Origin: the human T2T-CHM13v2.0 reference genome, Homo sapiens | DNA: 64,000 bases | Strand: one strand, 5' to 3' | NCBI RefSeq assembly: GCF_009914755.1 | Contig: NC_060931.1 | Shown: positions 33,259-48,200 of the stretch, one piece after another | Position numbering within the stretch: position 1 is the first letter of the stretch | How the letters are laid out: each line of letters starts with the position of its first letter | The notes under the pieces: generated by a model | The model's database searches: none | Told to the model about the DNA's origin: nothing | The model's input: only the letters and a program-made list of their open reading frames with translations | Program-made: the position numbers and the translations under genes

Positions 33259-36200
33259 CTAGTTTTTATGTGAATATGTTTCCTTTTTCACCATATGCCT
33301 CAATGTGCTCCCAAATATTCCTTCACAGATTTTACAAAAACAGTGTTTCTAAACTGCTGAATGAAAAGAAAGTTTGAACTCTGTGAGTTGAATGCACACA
33401 TTCTGAAGTGGTTCCTCCGATAGTTTCCTTATAGTTTTTATTCTGGGGTATTCGCTATTTCACCATTGGCCACAATGAGTTCTCAAATGTCCATTCTCAG
33501 AATCAACAAAAATAGTGTTTCGAAACTGCAGAATCCAAAGAAATGTTTAACTGTGAGAAGAGTGTGCACATCACAAAGCAATTTCTCAGAAAGCCTCCTT
33601 CTAGTTTTTATCTGAAGTTGTTTCCTTTTTCACCGTAGGACTTAATGCGCTCCCAAATACCCCTTAGCAGATTCTACAAAAACAGTTTTTCAAACTGTTG
33701 AATGAAAAGAAAGGTTTAACTCTGTGAAATGAATGCACCTATCACCAAGCGGTTTCTCAGATAGTTACCTTCTTGTTTTTATTCAGGGATATTTGCTATC
33801 CTGCCTTTGGCTTCAATGAGATCCCAAATGTCCATTCACAGAATGGACAAACACAGTGTTTCCAACCTGCAGAATCAAAAGAAAGGTTTAACTCTATGAG
33901 ATGAATGCACACATCACAAAGTAGTTTCTCAGAAAGCTTCTTTCTAGTTTTATTTGAGTATATTTCCTTTTTCACCATAGGCTTCAATTGGCTCCCAAAT
34001 ACACATTTGCAAACACTAAAAAAACAGGGTTTTGGTACTGCTGAATATAAAGAAATGTTTAACTCTCTGAAATGAGTGCACACATCACAAAGCAGTTTCT
34101 CAGAATGCTTCTATCTAGTTTTTATCTGAAAGTATTTTCTCTTTCATCATAGGCCTCAATGCATTCCCAAATATCGTTCCCAGTTTCCACAAAAAGAGTA
34201 TTTCCAAATTGCTGAATGAACATAAAAGTTTAACTCTGTAAAGTGAATGCAGACATCCCAAAGCTGTTTCTCATGTAGCTTCCTTATAGTTTTTATCCTG
34301 GGATATTCACTTTTTTGCTATTCACCTTAATGAGCTCCCAAATGTCCATTAGCAGAATGGACAAAGGCAGCGTTTCCAAACTGCTGAATCAAAAGGAAAA
34401 TTTAACTCTGTGAGATAAGTGCACAAATCACAAAGCAGTGTCTCAGAAGGATTCTTTCTAGTTTTTATCTGAAGAAATTTCCTTTTTCTCCTTAGAACTC
34501 AATGCACTACTAGATATTCTCCCAAAGATTCAACAAAAACAGGGTTTCCAAACTGCTGATGGAAAAGAATGGTTTAACTCTGAAAAATGAATGCACACAT
34601 CACCAAGTGGTTTCCCAGAGCACTTCCTTCTAGTTTTTATGCTGGGATACTTGTTTTTCTTAATTGGTCTCAATGAACTCCCGAATGTCCATTGGCAGAA
34701 TAGACAAAAACAGTTTTTTCATTCTGCTAAATTAAAATAAAGATTTAACTCTGCAAGATGAATGCACATATCACAAGTGCTTTTTCAGATAGGTCCCCTC
34801 CAGTTTCTATCCTGGGATATTCACTTTTTTGCCAATGGTCTCAATGAGCTCCAAAATGTCCATTCACAGAATGGACAAAAACAGTGTTTTAACACTGCTG
34901 AATCAAAAGATAGTTTTAACTCTGTGAGTTGAATGCACCAGTCACAAAGCAGTTTCTCTAAGATTCTTTTTAGTTTTTATCTGAATGTGTTTCCTTTTTC
35001 ACCATAGGCCTCAATGCATTCCAGAATATCCCTTGGCAAATTCTACAAAAACAGTGTTTCCAAAGTGCTGAATGTAAAGAAAGGTTTTAGTCTGTGAGAC
35101 GAATGCACACATCCCAAAGCTGCTTTTCAGAGAACTTCTTTCTAGTTTTTACCTTTGTACATTCTCTTTTTCACTATTGGCCTCAATGAGCTCCCAAACG
35201 TCCATTTGCAGAATGGACAAAGAGGGTTTCCAAACTGCTGAATCCAAAGAAATGTTTCACTCTGTGAGATGAATGCATATATCACAAAGCAGTTTCTCCG
35301 AAAGCTTCTTTGTAGTTATTATCTGAAGATGTTTTCTTTTTCACCATATGCCTCAATGTGCTCCCAAATTTCCCTTAGCAGATTATACAAAATCAGTGTT
35401 TCCAAACTGCTGAATGAAGAGAATGGTTTAACTCTGTGAGGTGAATGCATGCATTAGAAAGCAGTTTCTCAGGTTGCTTCCTTCTAGTTTTTCTCCTGGG
35501 GTATTCTCTTTTTTGCTATTGTTCTCAATGAGCTCCCAATTGTCCATTCACAAAATGGACAAAAACCGGCTTTCAATACTGCTGAATCCAAAGAAAGGTT
35601 TAACTCTGAGAGTTGAATGAACATGTCACAAAGCATTTTCTCAGATAGCTTCTTTCAAGTTTTTATCTGAATATGGTTCCTTTTTCACCATACATCTCAG
35701 TGCACTCCTAAATATCCCTTTGCAGATTCTACATAAACTTTGTTTCCAAACTGCTGAATGAACAGAAACTTTTAATTCTGCCACATGAATTCATGCATCC
35801 CAAAGCAGTTTCTAAGATCTCTTCCTTTGGCCTTAATGAGCTCAAAGTTGTCAATTCACAGAATGGACAACACGGTGTTTCCAAACTGCAGAATCAAAAG
35901 AAAGCTTTCCCTCTGAGAGCTGAATGCACACATCAGAAAGAAGTTTCTCAGAAAGCTTCTTTCTAGTTTTTATCTGCAGAAACTTCCTTTTTCACCATTG
36001 GCTTCAATGCACTCACAAACATCCCCTCACAGATACTACAAAAACAGTTTTTCTAAACTGCTGAATGAGAAGAAAGATTTACCTAAGTGAGATGAATGCA
36101 CATATCACAAAGCAGTTTCTCAGGAAGTTTCTTTCTATTTTTTATCAGAAGATACTTTCTTTTTCACCATAGTCCTCAACGCTCTCCCAAATATGCCTTC

Positions 36201-37320
36201 ACAGACTCTACAAAACAAGTTTTTCCAAACTACTGAATAAAAAGAAAGGTTTAACTCTGTGACATGAATGCACACATTACAAAGCAGTTTATCAGATAGC
36301 TTCCTTCTACTTTTATCCAGGGACATTCACTTTTTCACCACTGGCCTCAATGAGCTCCCAAGTGTCCTTTTGTAGAATGGATAAAAATCGTGTTTCCAAA
36401 CTGCTGAATCCAAAGAAAGTTTGAACTTTGTGAGACGAATTCACATGTCACAAAGCAGTTTCTCAGAAAGCTTCTTTCTAGTTTTTATCTGAAGATAATT
36501 TCTTTTTCACCATAAGCCTCAATGCGCTTTCAAATATAACCCCAGATTCTACAAAAATTGTTTCAAAACTGCTGAGTGAAGAGAAAGGTAAACTTTGCAG
36601 ATGAGTGCACACATCACAAAGCGGTTTCTCAAAGGCTTTCTTCTAGTTTTTATCCTGGAATATTTGATTTTTCACCATTGGCCTCAATAGCTCCCAAATG
36701 TTCATTCACAGAATGGACAAAAGCAGTTTTTCCCATCTGGTGAATCAAAAGAAATGTTTCACTCTGAGAGCTTAATGCACACATCATATTGCAGTTACTT
36801 AGAAAGCTTCTTTCTAGTTTTCATCTGAAGACATTTTCTTTTTCACTGTAGGCCTCAGTGTGCTCCCAAACATCCCCTTGCAGATTCTACAAAAGCAGTG
36901 TTTCCAAATTGCTGAATGAAAAGAAAGGTTTAACTCTGCAAAATGAATGCACACATCACAAAGGAGTTTCTCAGAGAGATCCCTTCTAGTTTTTATCCTG
37001 GGATATTTGCTTTTTCGCCATTGGCCTCAATGAGTTCCCACATGTCCACTGGCAGAATGGACAAAAACAATGTTTTCATTTTCTTGAAAGAAAATAAAGT
37101 TTAAATCTGTGAGATGAATGCACACATCACAATATGGTTTCTCAGATAGCTTAATTCTAGTGTTTATAATGGGATATCCTTTTTTTTGCCTTGGCCTCTA
37201 AGAGCTCCCAAATTTCCATTTGCAGAATGGACAAAATCAGTGTTTTCAAACTGCTGTATCAAAAGAAAGTTTTAATTATTTGAGATGAATGCACACATCA
37301 CAAAGTAGTTTCTCAAAAAC
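33259..37320 (-). repeat. Alpha satellite, dimeric, reverse orientation (right part of inverted block)
   Basis: Resumes after the TSD and ends at GTAGTTTCTCAAAAAC|TGCAAATATCCCAGG. Confidence 0.95.
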
Positions 37321-40300
37321 TGCAAATATCCCAGGATAAAAGCTAGAAAAAAGCTATCTGTGAAACTGCTTTGTGATGTGATCATTCATCTTGCAGAAAT
37401 AAACTTTCTTTTCATTCAGAAGTTTGAAAACACTCGTTTTGTAGAATCTGTGGAGGGATATTTGGGAACACATTGTGGCATAAGGTGAAAAAGAAAATAT
37501 CTTCAGATAAAAACTAGAAGTAATCTTTCTTAGAACCTGCTTTGTGATGTGTGCATTCAACTCAAAGATGTAAAATTTTCTTTTGATTCAGCAATTTGGA
37601 AACACTGTTTTTGTTCATTCTGCAAAAGGACATTTGGCAGCTCTTTGAGGCCAATGGTGAAAAATTGAATATACCAGGAAAAAAACTAGGAGTTATCTGA
37701 GAAACCTCTTTGTGATGTGTGCATTCATCTCACATAGTTAAACCTTCCTTTTGATTCAGCAGTTTGGAAACACTGTATTTGTCAATTCTGTGCACAGAAA
37801 TTTGGGAGCACATTGAGGTTTAATGCAAAAAGCAAATATCCCAGGATAAAAAAGAAGGAAGCTACCTTAGTAAAAGCTTTGTGACATGTGCCTTCATCTC
37901 ACAGAGTGAAACCTTTCTTTTAATTCGGCATTTTTGAAACTCTGTTTTTGTCCATTCTACGAATGGACATTTGGGATATCACTAACACTTAACACGAAAA
38001 AAGCAAATATTCCAGGAGAAAAACTATAAGGAAGCCATCTGAGGAAGAGCTTTGTCATATGTGCATTCATCTTGCTAAGTTAAAGCTTTCATTCAGCAGT
38101 TTGGAAACACTGTTTTTGTAGTATCTGCAAAGGGATATTTGGGAGCACGTTGAGGCCTGTGGTGAAAAAGAAAATATCTTCAGATAAAAACTAGAAAGAA
38201 GCATTGTGAGAAACTGCTTTGTGATGTGTTCTTTCATCTCACAGAGTTAAACTTTTCTTTTGATTCAGCAGTTGGAAACACTGTTTTTGTAGGATCTCCA
38301 AAGGTATTTTTGGGAGCACATTGAGGAGTATGGTGAAAAAGAAAATATCTTCCAATAAAAAGTGGAGAGAAGATTTCTCAGAAACTGCTTTGTGATGTGT
38401 GCATTCATCTCCCAGAGTTAAACCTTTGTTTTGATTCAGCAGTTTGGAAACACTGTTTTTTTTCATTCTGTGAATGGACATTTGGAAGCTCACGTATTAA
38501 AATAGTGAAAAAGAGAATATGAAATGATAAAAACTAGAAAGAATCTACCTGAAAAACCACTTTGTGATGTGTGCATTCATCTCACAGAGTTTAACGTTTC
38601 TTTTGATTCAGCAGTTTGGAAACACTGTTTTTGTCCATTCTACCAATGGACATTAAGGATCTCATTGAGGCCAATGGTGAAAAAGGGAATATCCCTGGAT
38701 AAAAATTAGAAGGAAGCTATTTGAGAAACCACTTTTTGATGTGTACATTCATCTCACAGAATTAAATCTTTTTTTCATTCAGTAGTTTGGAAACACTTTT
38801 TTGTAGAATCTGTGAAGGGATATTTGGTAACACTTTGAGGCCTTTTTTGAAAAAGGAAATATCTTCAGATACAAACTAGTAGGAAGCTTTCTAAGAAACT
38901 GCTTTGTGATATGTGCATTCAACACACCTAGTTAAAACTTTTTTTGGATTCAGCCATTTGGAAACACTGTTTTTGTCCATTCTGTAAACGGACATTTGGG
39001 AGCTCATTGAGGCCAATGGGAAAAAAGTGAATATTCCAGGATAAAAACTAGAAGGAAGGTACCTGAGAAACCAGTTTGTGATGTGCACATTCATCATAAA
39101 GAGTTAAAACTTTCTTTTCATTCAACAGTTTGGAAAAACTGTTTTTGTAAATCTGCAAATGATAATTGGGAGTGCATTGAGGCCAATGATGAAAAAGGGA
39201 CATCTTAAGATAAAAATTGGAAAGAAGCTTTCTAAGAAACAGCTTTGAGATGTGGGCATTAATCTCACAGAGTATAATGTTTCTTTGGATTCAGCAGTTT
39301 GGAAATACTGTTTTTGTCCATTCTTTGAAATGACATTTGTTAGCTCTTTGGGGACAATGGTGAAAAAGTGTGTATCCCAGGATAAAAGCTAGAAGGAAGC
39401 TCTCTGAGAGACTTATTTATGATGTGTGGATTGTTCTCACAGTGTTAAACCTTTCTTTTCATTCAGCAATTTGGAAACAGTGTTTTTGTAGAATCTATGC
39501 AGGGATGTTTGGGAGCTCATTAAGGCCTATGGTGAAAATGGAAAAATCTAAAGACAATAAATGGAAAGAAGCTGCCTATGAAACTGCTTTGAGATGTGCA
39601 CATTCATCTCACAGATTTAAACCTTTCTTTGGATTCAGCAGTTTGGAAACAGTTTTGTTGTCCATTCTGTGAGTGGACATTTGGGAGCTCTTTGAGGCCA
39701 TTTTCAAAAAAGCATATAAGCTAGGATAAAAACTTGAAGGAAGCTACCTGAGAAACCACTTTGTGATTTGTACATTCATCTTCAGACTTAAAATTTTCTT
39801 TTCATTCAGCAGTATGGAAACACAGGTTTTGTAGAATCCATCAAGGGATTCTGTCAAGGGAGTAAATTGAGGCTTATGGTGAAAAGAAAACATCTTCAGG
39901 TAAAAACTAGAAAGAAGCTTTCTGAGAAACAACTTTGTGATGCATGCAATCATCTCACAAAGATAAACTTTCTTTGGATTCAGCAGTTTGCAAACACTGT
40001 TTTTGTCCAATCAGCGAATAGACATTTTGGTGATCCTTGAGGCCAATGGTGAAAAAGTGAAAACTGTAGGATAAAAACTAGCAGAAAGCTATCCGAGAAA
40101 CAACTTTGTGATTTGTGCATTCAACATGCAACGTTAACACTTTCTTTTCAGAAGGACACTATCTGAGAAACTACTTTGTGATGTGTGCATTCATATCATA
40201 GAGCTAAACCTTTCTTTTCATTCAGCAGTTGGGAAACACTGTTATTGTAGAATCTGTGAAGGGATATTTCAGAATGCATTGATGCCTATGTTGAAAAGGA

Positions 40301-42207
40301 AATATCTTCAAATAAAAACTTGAATGAAGCTTTCTGAGAAACTTCTTTGTAATGTGTGCATTCATCTCACAGAGATCAACCTTTCTGTGTATTCAGCCGT
40401 TTGCAAACACTCTTTTAGTCCATTCTGCAAATGGACATTTGGGATCTCATTGAGGCCAAAGGCAAAAAAGGAAATATCATCAGTTAAAAACTAGAAAGAA
40501 GCACTCTGAGAAAGTGCTTTGTGATGTGTGCATTCATCTCACAGTGTTAAAACATTCTTTTCATTCAGCAGTTTGGAAACACTGTTTTGGTAGAATCCAT
40601 GAAGGGATATTTCAGAGCACATTGAGACCTATGGTGAAAAATGAAATATCTTCAGATAAAAACTAGAAAGAAGATTTGTCAGAAACTGCTTCGCATTGTG
40701 AGCATTCATCTCACAGAGTTAAATCTTTCTTTGGATTCAGCAGTTTGGAAACATTGTTTTTGTAGAATTTGTGAAGGGATATTTGATAGCTCATTGAGGC
40801 TATAGGCAAAAAAGCGTGTATCCCAGAATAATACCTAGAAGGAAGCTATCTGAGAAACTGCTTCATGATGTGTTCATTCTTCTCTCAGAGTTAAACATGA
40901 CTCTTAATTCAGCACCTTGTAAACTCATTTTGTAGAATCTGTGAAAGGATATTTGGGAAGACATTGAGGCCTATACTGAAAAACAAAATATCTTTAGATA
41001 AAATCTAGAAAGAAAGTTTCTGAGAAACTGACTTGTGATGTGTGCATTCATCTCACAGAGATAAACCTTTCTTTGGATTCAGCATTTTGGAAACACTGTT
41101 TTTGTAAAATCTGTGAAGGGATATTTGGGAGCTCATTGATGATAAAGGTGAAAAAGCAAATATCCCACGATAAAAACTACAAGGAAGCTATCTGAGAAAC
41201 TGCTTTGTGATGTGTACTTTGATCTCTCAGAGTTAAGCCTTCTTCTCATTCAGCAGTTTGGAAACACTGTTTTTGTATGATCTGGGAAGGCATATTTGGG
41301 AGCACTTTGAGGCCAATGGTTAAAAAAGAAATACCTTCAGATAAAAACGAGAAAGAAGCTTTCTGAGAAACTGCTTTGTGATGTGTGCATTCATTTCACG
41401 GAGCTAAACTTTTCTTTGGATTCAGCATTTTGGAAACTCTGTTTTTCTCCATTGTGCAAATGGACACTTGGGATCTAATTGTGTCCAATGGTAAAAAAGC
41501 ATATATCCCAGGATAAAAACTAGAAGGAAGATATCTGACCAACTGCTTTGTGATGTGTGCATTTGTCTCACAGAGTTAAATGTTTCTTTTCATTCAGCAG
41601 TTTGAAAACACTGTTTTGGTGGGAACTGTGAAGGGATATTTGGTAGTGCATTGAGGCCTAAGGTGAAAAAGGAAATATCTTTGAATAAAAACTAGAAAGA
41701 AGCTTTCTGGGAAACTGTTTTTTGATGTGTGCATTCATCTCACACAGGTAAACCGTTCTTTGGATTCAGCAGTTTGGAGTCACAGTTTTGATAGAATCTG
41801 TGAAGGGATATTTGGGAGCTCATTGAAGCCAAATATGAAAAAGTGAGTATCTGAGGATAAAAACTAAAAGGAAGCAATCTGAGAAACTGCTTTGTGATGA
41901 GTGCATTCATCTCACAAAGTTAAACCTTTCTTTTCATTCAGCAGTTTGGAAACACTGTTTTGATAGAATCCACAAAGTGATATATGAGAGTGCAATTAGT
42001 CCTATGGTGTAAAAGGAAATATCTTCAGATAAAAAATAGAAAGATGCTTTCTGAGAAACAACTTTGTGTTGTGTGCATTCATCTCACAGAGTTAAAACTT
42101 TCTCTCGATTCAGCAGTTTGGAAACACTGTTTTTGTCCATTCAGTGAATGGATGTTCAGAGCTCATTAAGGACAATGGCAAAAAGATGAATGGCCCAGGA
42201 TAAAAAC
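37321..42207 (+). repeat. Alpha satellite, dimeric/irregular, forward orientation
   Basis: Forward monomers until CCCAGGATAAAAAC|AAAATGAATGCAC. Confidence 0.95.
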
Positions 42208-45200
42208 AAAATGAATGCACATATCACAAAGCAAGTTCTCAGATAGCTTTCTTCTTGTTTTTATGTCGAAGTGTTCGCTTATTCACCATTGACCTCAATG
42301 AGCTCTGAAAATGTCCATTGGTAGAATGGACAAAAACAGTGTTTCCAAACTGCTGAATCCAATGAAAGGTTTAACTCTGTGCAATGAATGCACACATCAC
42401 AAAGCAGTTTCTCAGAAAACTTGTTTCTAGTTTTTATCTGAAGATATTTCCTTTCTCACCATAGGCCTCAAAGGGCTCTCAAATATCCCTTCACAGATTC
42501 TGCCTAAACACTGTTTCCAAAGTGCCAAATTAAAAGAAAGGTTTAATTCTGTGAGTTGAATACAAACATCACAAAGTGGTTTCTCAGAAAGCTTCATTCT
42601 AGTCTTTATCTGAAGATGTTTCCTTTTTCACCATAAGCCTCAATGTGTTCCCCAATAGCCCTTCATGGATTCTGCCAAAACAGTGTTTCCAGACTGCTGA
42701 ATGAAAATAAAGATTTAACTCTGTGAGGTGAATGCATGCATCACAGAGCGATTTCTGAAATAGCTTTCTTCCAAATTTTATCCTGGGATATTCACTTTTT
42801 CACCATTTGCCTCAATGAGCATCCAAATATCCATTTGCAGAATGGACAAAAGCAGTGTTTCCAAATACCTGAAACCAAAATAATGTTTACTTCTGTTAGG
42901 TGAATGCGCACATCACAAAACGATTTCTCAGAAAGCTTCTTTCTTGTTTTTATCTGAAAATATTTCCTTTTTCACCATAGGCCTGAATGCAGTCTGAAAT
43001 ATCCCTTCGCAGATTCTACCAAAATTGTGTCTCAAAACTGCTGAATGAGAAGAAATGTTTAAATCGGTGAGATAAATGTACACATCACAAGGAGGTTTCT
43101 CAGAAAGCTTCTTTCTAGTTTTTATCTACAGATATTTCCTTTATAACCATAGGTCTCAAAGTGCTTCTAAGTAGTGCTTCACAGATTCTATCAAAACAGA
43201 GTTTCCAAACTACTGAATAAAAAGAATGGTTTAACCCTGTGAAATGAATGCAGACATCACAAAGTGGTTACTCAAAGAGCTTCCTTCTAGTTTATATCCT
43301 GGTATATTTCCTTTTTTGCCATTGGCCTCAATGAGCTTCCAAATGGCCATTTTCAGAATGCATAAAAACAGTGTTTGCAAACTGCTGAATCCACAGAAAG
43401 CTTTAACTCTGTGAGATGATTGCACACATAACAAAGCATTTCTCAGATACCTTCTTTCTAGTTTTTATCTGAAGATATTTCCTTTATAACCATAGGTCTC
43501 AAAGCGCTTCCAAGTAGCACTTCACAGATTCTACCAAAACAGGATTTCCAAACTGCTGAATGAAAAGAATGGTTTAACTCTGTGAGATGAATGCAGACAT
43601 CACAAAGTGGTTTCTCAAAGAGCTTCCTTCTAGTTTATATCCTGGTATACTTCCTTTTATGCCATTGGCGTTAATGAGCTTCCAAATGTCCATTTTCAGA
43701 ATGGATAAAAGCAGTGTTTGCAAACTGCTGAATCCACAGAAAGCTTTAACTCTGTGAGATGAATGCACACATAAGAAAGCATTTCTCAGATAGCTTCTTT
43801 CTAGTTTTTATCTGAAGATATTTCCTTTTTTGCCACAGGCCTCAATGTGCTCCCAAATATCCCTTTGCAAATTCTACCAAAACTGTGTATCTAAATTGCT
43901 GAATGAGAAGAAATGTTTAAATCTGTGAGATGGATGTTCACATCACATGGCGGTTTCTCAGAAAGCTTCTTTGTAGCTTTTATCTACAGATATTTCCTTT
44001 GTAACTGTAGGTCACAAAACATTTCCAAGTATCACTTCACAGATTCTACCAAAATAGAGTTTCCAAACTGCTGAATGAAAAGAATGGTTTAACTCTGTGA
44101 GATGAATGCAGACGTCACAAAGTGGTTTCTCAAAGAGCTTCCTTCTAGTTTATATCCTGGTATATTCCCTTTTTTGCCTTTGGCCTCAATGATCTTCAAA
44201 ATGTTCATCTTCAGAATGGATAAAAACAGTGTGTGCAAACCACTGAATCCACAGAAAACTATCTTTAACTCTGTGAGAAGAATGCACACATAACAAAGCA
44301 TTTCTCAGATAGCTTCTTTCTAGTTTTTCTGAAGGTATTTCCTTTTTCACCTTAGGCCTCAATGCTCTCGCAAATATAACTTTGCAGATTCTACAAAAAC
44401 AGTGTATACACACTGCTGAATGAAAAGAATCATTTAAATCTTAGAGGCGAATGCACACCTCACAAAGCAGTTTCTCAGATAGCTTTCTTCTAGTTTTTTT
44501 CCTGGGATATTCGCTTTTTCAAATTTGGCCTCAATGATCTCCCAAATATCCCTTTGTGGATTCTACAACAACAGTGTTTCCAAACTGCTGAATCCAAAGA
44601 AATGTTTAACTCTGTGAGATGAATGCACACATCACAAAGCAGTTTCTCAGAAAGCTTCCTTCTAATTTTTATCTGAATATATTTCCTTTTTCACCATATT
44701 CCCCAATACACTCCCAGATATCCCTTTGCAGATGCTTCAAAAACAGTATTTCCAAACTGCTGAATGAAAAAGAAAGATTTAACTCTGTGAGTTGAATGTA
44801 CACATCACAAAGTGGTTTCTCATATAGCTTCCTTGTAGTTTTTATCCTGTGATATTCCCCTTTTTGCCTTTGGCCTCAATGAGATCCCAAATGTCCATTT
44901 GCAGAATGGACTAAAAGAGTGTTTGCAAACGGCTGAATACACAGAAAGGTTGATCTCTGTGAGATGAATGCACACATTACAAAGAAGTTTCTCAGAAAGC
45001 TTCATTCAAGTTTTTATTTGAAGATATTTCCTTTTTCACAATAGGCCTCAATGCGCTCCCAAATATAACCTTGCAGATTCTACAAAAACTGTGTGTACAA
45101 ACTGCTGAATTAAAAGGATGGTTTACCTCTGAGAGATGGATGCACACATCACAAAGTGGTTTCTCAGATACCTTTCTTCTAGTTTTTATCCTCAGATATT

Positions 45201-48200
45201 CACTTTTTCACCATTGACCTCAATGAGATACCAAACGTCCATTTGTAGAATGCACAAAAACAGTCTTTCCAAAGTGCTGAATCCAGGGAAAGGTTTAACT
45301 CCACGAGATGAATGCACACATGGGAAAGCAGTTTCTCAGAAATCTTCTGTCTAGTTTTTATCTGAAGTTATTTCTTTTTCCACCATTGGCCTCAATGCAC
45401 TCCCAAATATAACTTCACAGATTCTACAAAAACAGTGTTTCCAAACTTCTGAGTGAAAAGAATGGTTTACCTCTGATACTTGAATCCACACATCACAAAG
45501 CAGTTTCTCAGATATCTTCCTTTTATTTTTTTTCCTGGGATGCTCACTTTTTCACCTTTTGCTGCAATGAGCTTACCACATATCCCTTCGCAGATTCTAC
45601 AATAACAGTTTTCCCAAACTGCTGAATCTGCAGAAAGGTTAAACTCTGTCAGCTGAATGCACACATCACAAAGCAGTTTCTTATATATCTTTCCAGTTTC
45701 TATCTGAAGATATTTCCTTTTTCACCCAAGGCCCCAATGGGCTCCCAATATCCTTTTGCAGCTTCTGCCAAAACAGTGTTTGCAGAGTACTGAATGAAAA
45801 GAAAGGTTTATCTCTGTGAGATGAAAGCTCACATCACAATGTGGCTTCTTTATGTCTTCCTTCTAGTTTTCATCCTGGGATTCTCACTTTAATGGCATTG
45901 GCTTCAATGAACTCCCAAATGTTCATTCACAGAATGGACAAAAACAGTGTTTGCAAACTGCTGAATCCACAGAAAGTTTCATCTCTGTGAGATGAATGCA
46001 CACATCCAAAGCAGTTTCTCAGAAATCTTCTTTCTAGTTTTTATCTGAAGGTATTTCCTTTTTAAAAATAGGCCTCAATGCACTCCAAATTATAACTTCA
46101 TAGATTCTATAAAAATGGTGTTTCCAAACTGTTGAATGAATAGAAAGTTTTAATCTGTGAGAAGAATGCACACATTACAAAGATGTTTCCTAAATAGCTT
46201 CCTTCTAATTTTTATCCAGGGATATTTGTTTTTTCTCCATTGGCCTCCACAACCTTCCAAATATTCCTTCACAAACTCTACAACAACAGTGGTTCCAAAC
46301 TGCTGAATTAAAAGAAAGGTTTAATTCTGCAAGGTGAATGCACATCTCACAAAGCTGTTTGTCAAATAGCTTCCTTCTAGATTTTATCCTGAGATATTCG
46401 CTTTTTTGCCTTTGGCTTCAATGAGCTCCCAAATGTCCATTTGAAGAATGGACTAAAAGAGTTTTTGCAAACTGCTGAATCCACAGAAATGTTCATCTCT
46501 GTGAGATGAATGCACACATAACAAAGCAGTTTCTCAGAAAGCATATTTCTAGTTGATATCTGAAGGTATTTCCTTTTTCATCATAGGCCTCAATGCACTC
46601 CCAAATATAACTTCACAGATTCTACAAAAACAGTGTTTACAAACTGCAGAATGAAAAGAAGAGTTTAACTCTGAGAGATTAATCCACACATCACAAAGCA
46701 TTTTCTCAGATAGGTTTCTTCTAGTTTTTTTTCCTAGGACATTTGCTTTTTCATCTTGGCCTCAATGAGCTCCTGAATACCCCTTCACAGATTCTACAAC
46801 AACAGTGTTTCCAAACTGCTGAATCCAAAGAAATGTTTCACTCTCTCAGCTGAATGGATACATCACAAAGCAGTTTATCAGAATGCTTCTTTGCAGTTTC
46901 TATCTGAAGATATTTACTTTTTCACCCTAGGCGTCAATGTACTCCCAAATATCCCTTCACAGATTCTCCCAAAAAATTGTTTACAGACTGCTGAATGAAA
47001 AGAAATTTTATCTCTGTGAGGTAAATGCACACATCAAAAAGCAGTTTCTCAGATAGCTTCATTCCAGTTTTTATAACAAAGCAGTTTCTCAGAAAGCTTC
47101 TTTCTACTTTGTATCTGAAGATATTTCCTTTTTCTCCATAAGCTTCAGTGCACTCCCAGATATCCCTTCACAGTTTCTATGAAAACAGTGTTCACAAACC
47201 ATTGAATGAAAAGAAACGTTTAACTCTGTGAGATGAATGCATACATCACAAAGCGGCTTCTTAGACATCTTCCTTCTAGTTTTTATCCTGGGATATTCCC
47301 TTTTTTGACATTGGCCTCAATGAGCTCCCAAATGTCCATTTGCAGAATGGACAAAAACAGTGTTTCCAAACTGTTGAGTCAAAAGAAAGTTTTAACTCTG
47401 TTAGGAGAATGCACACTTCTCAAAGCAGGTTCTTAGGAAGCTTCTTTCTAGTTTTCAACTTCACATGTTTCCTTTTTCACCTTAGGCCTCAATGTGCTCC
47501 CAAAGATCCCTTCACAGATTCTAGAAAAACAGTGTCTCCAAACTTCTGAATGAAAAGAAAGTTTTACCTCTGTGAGATCAATGCACACATCACAAAGTGC
47601 TTTCTTGGATAGCTTCCTTCTAGTTTTTACCCTGGGATATTTGCTTTATCACTATTGGCCTAAATGGGCTCCCACATATGCATTGGCCAAATGGACAAAA
47701 ACAGTGTTTCCAAACTGCTGAATAAAAGAAAGATTTAATGCTGTGAGATGAATACACACATCACAAAGCAGATTCTCAGAAAGATTCTTTCTATTTTTTA
47801 TCTAAAATATCTTTTTTCACCGTAGGCATAAATGGGCCCCAAATATTGCTTCACTGGTTCTACAAAAACAGTGTTTAGAAACTGCTGAAGGAACAGTGAG
47901 GTTTAACTCTGTGAGATGAATGCACATATCACAAAGTGGTTTCTCAGATAGCTTCCTTCTAGTTTTTATTCAGGGATATTCACTTTTTGGCCATTGGCCT
48001 CAATGAGCTCCCAAATGTCCTTTCGCAGAATGGACAACAACAGTGTTCCAAACAGTTGAATCCAAAGAAAAGTTTAACTCTGTGAGATGAGCAGATCACA
48101 AAGCAGTTTCTCAGAAAGCTTCTTTCTTGTTTTTAACTGAAGATATTTCCTTTTTCAACATAGGCCTCAAAGTGCTCCCAAATATCCCTTTGCAGATTCT

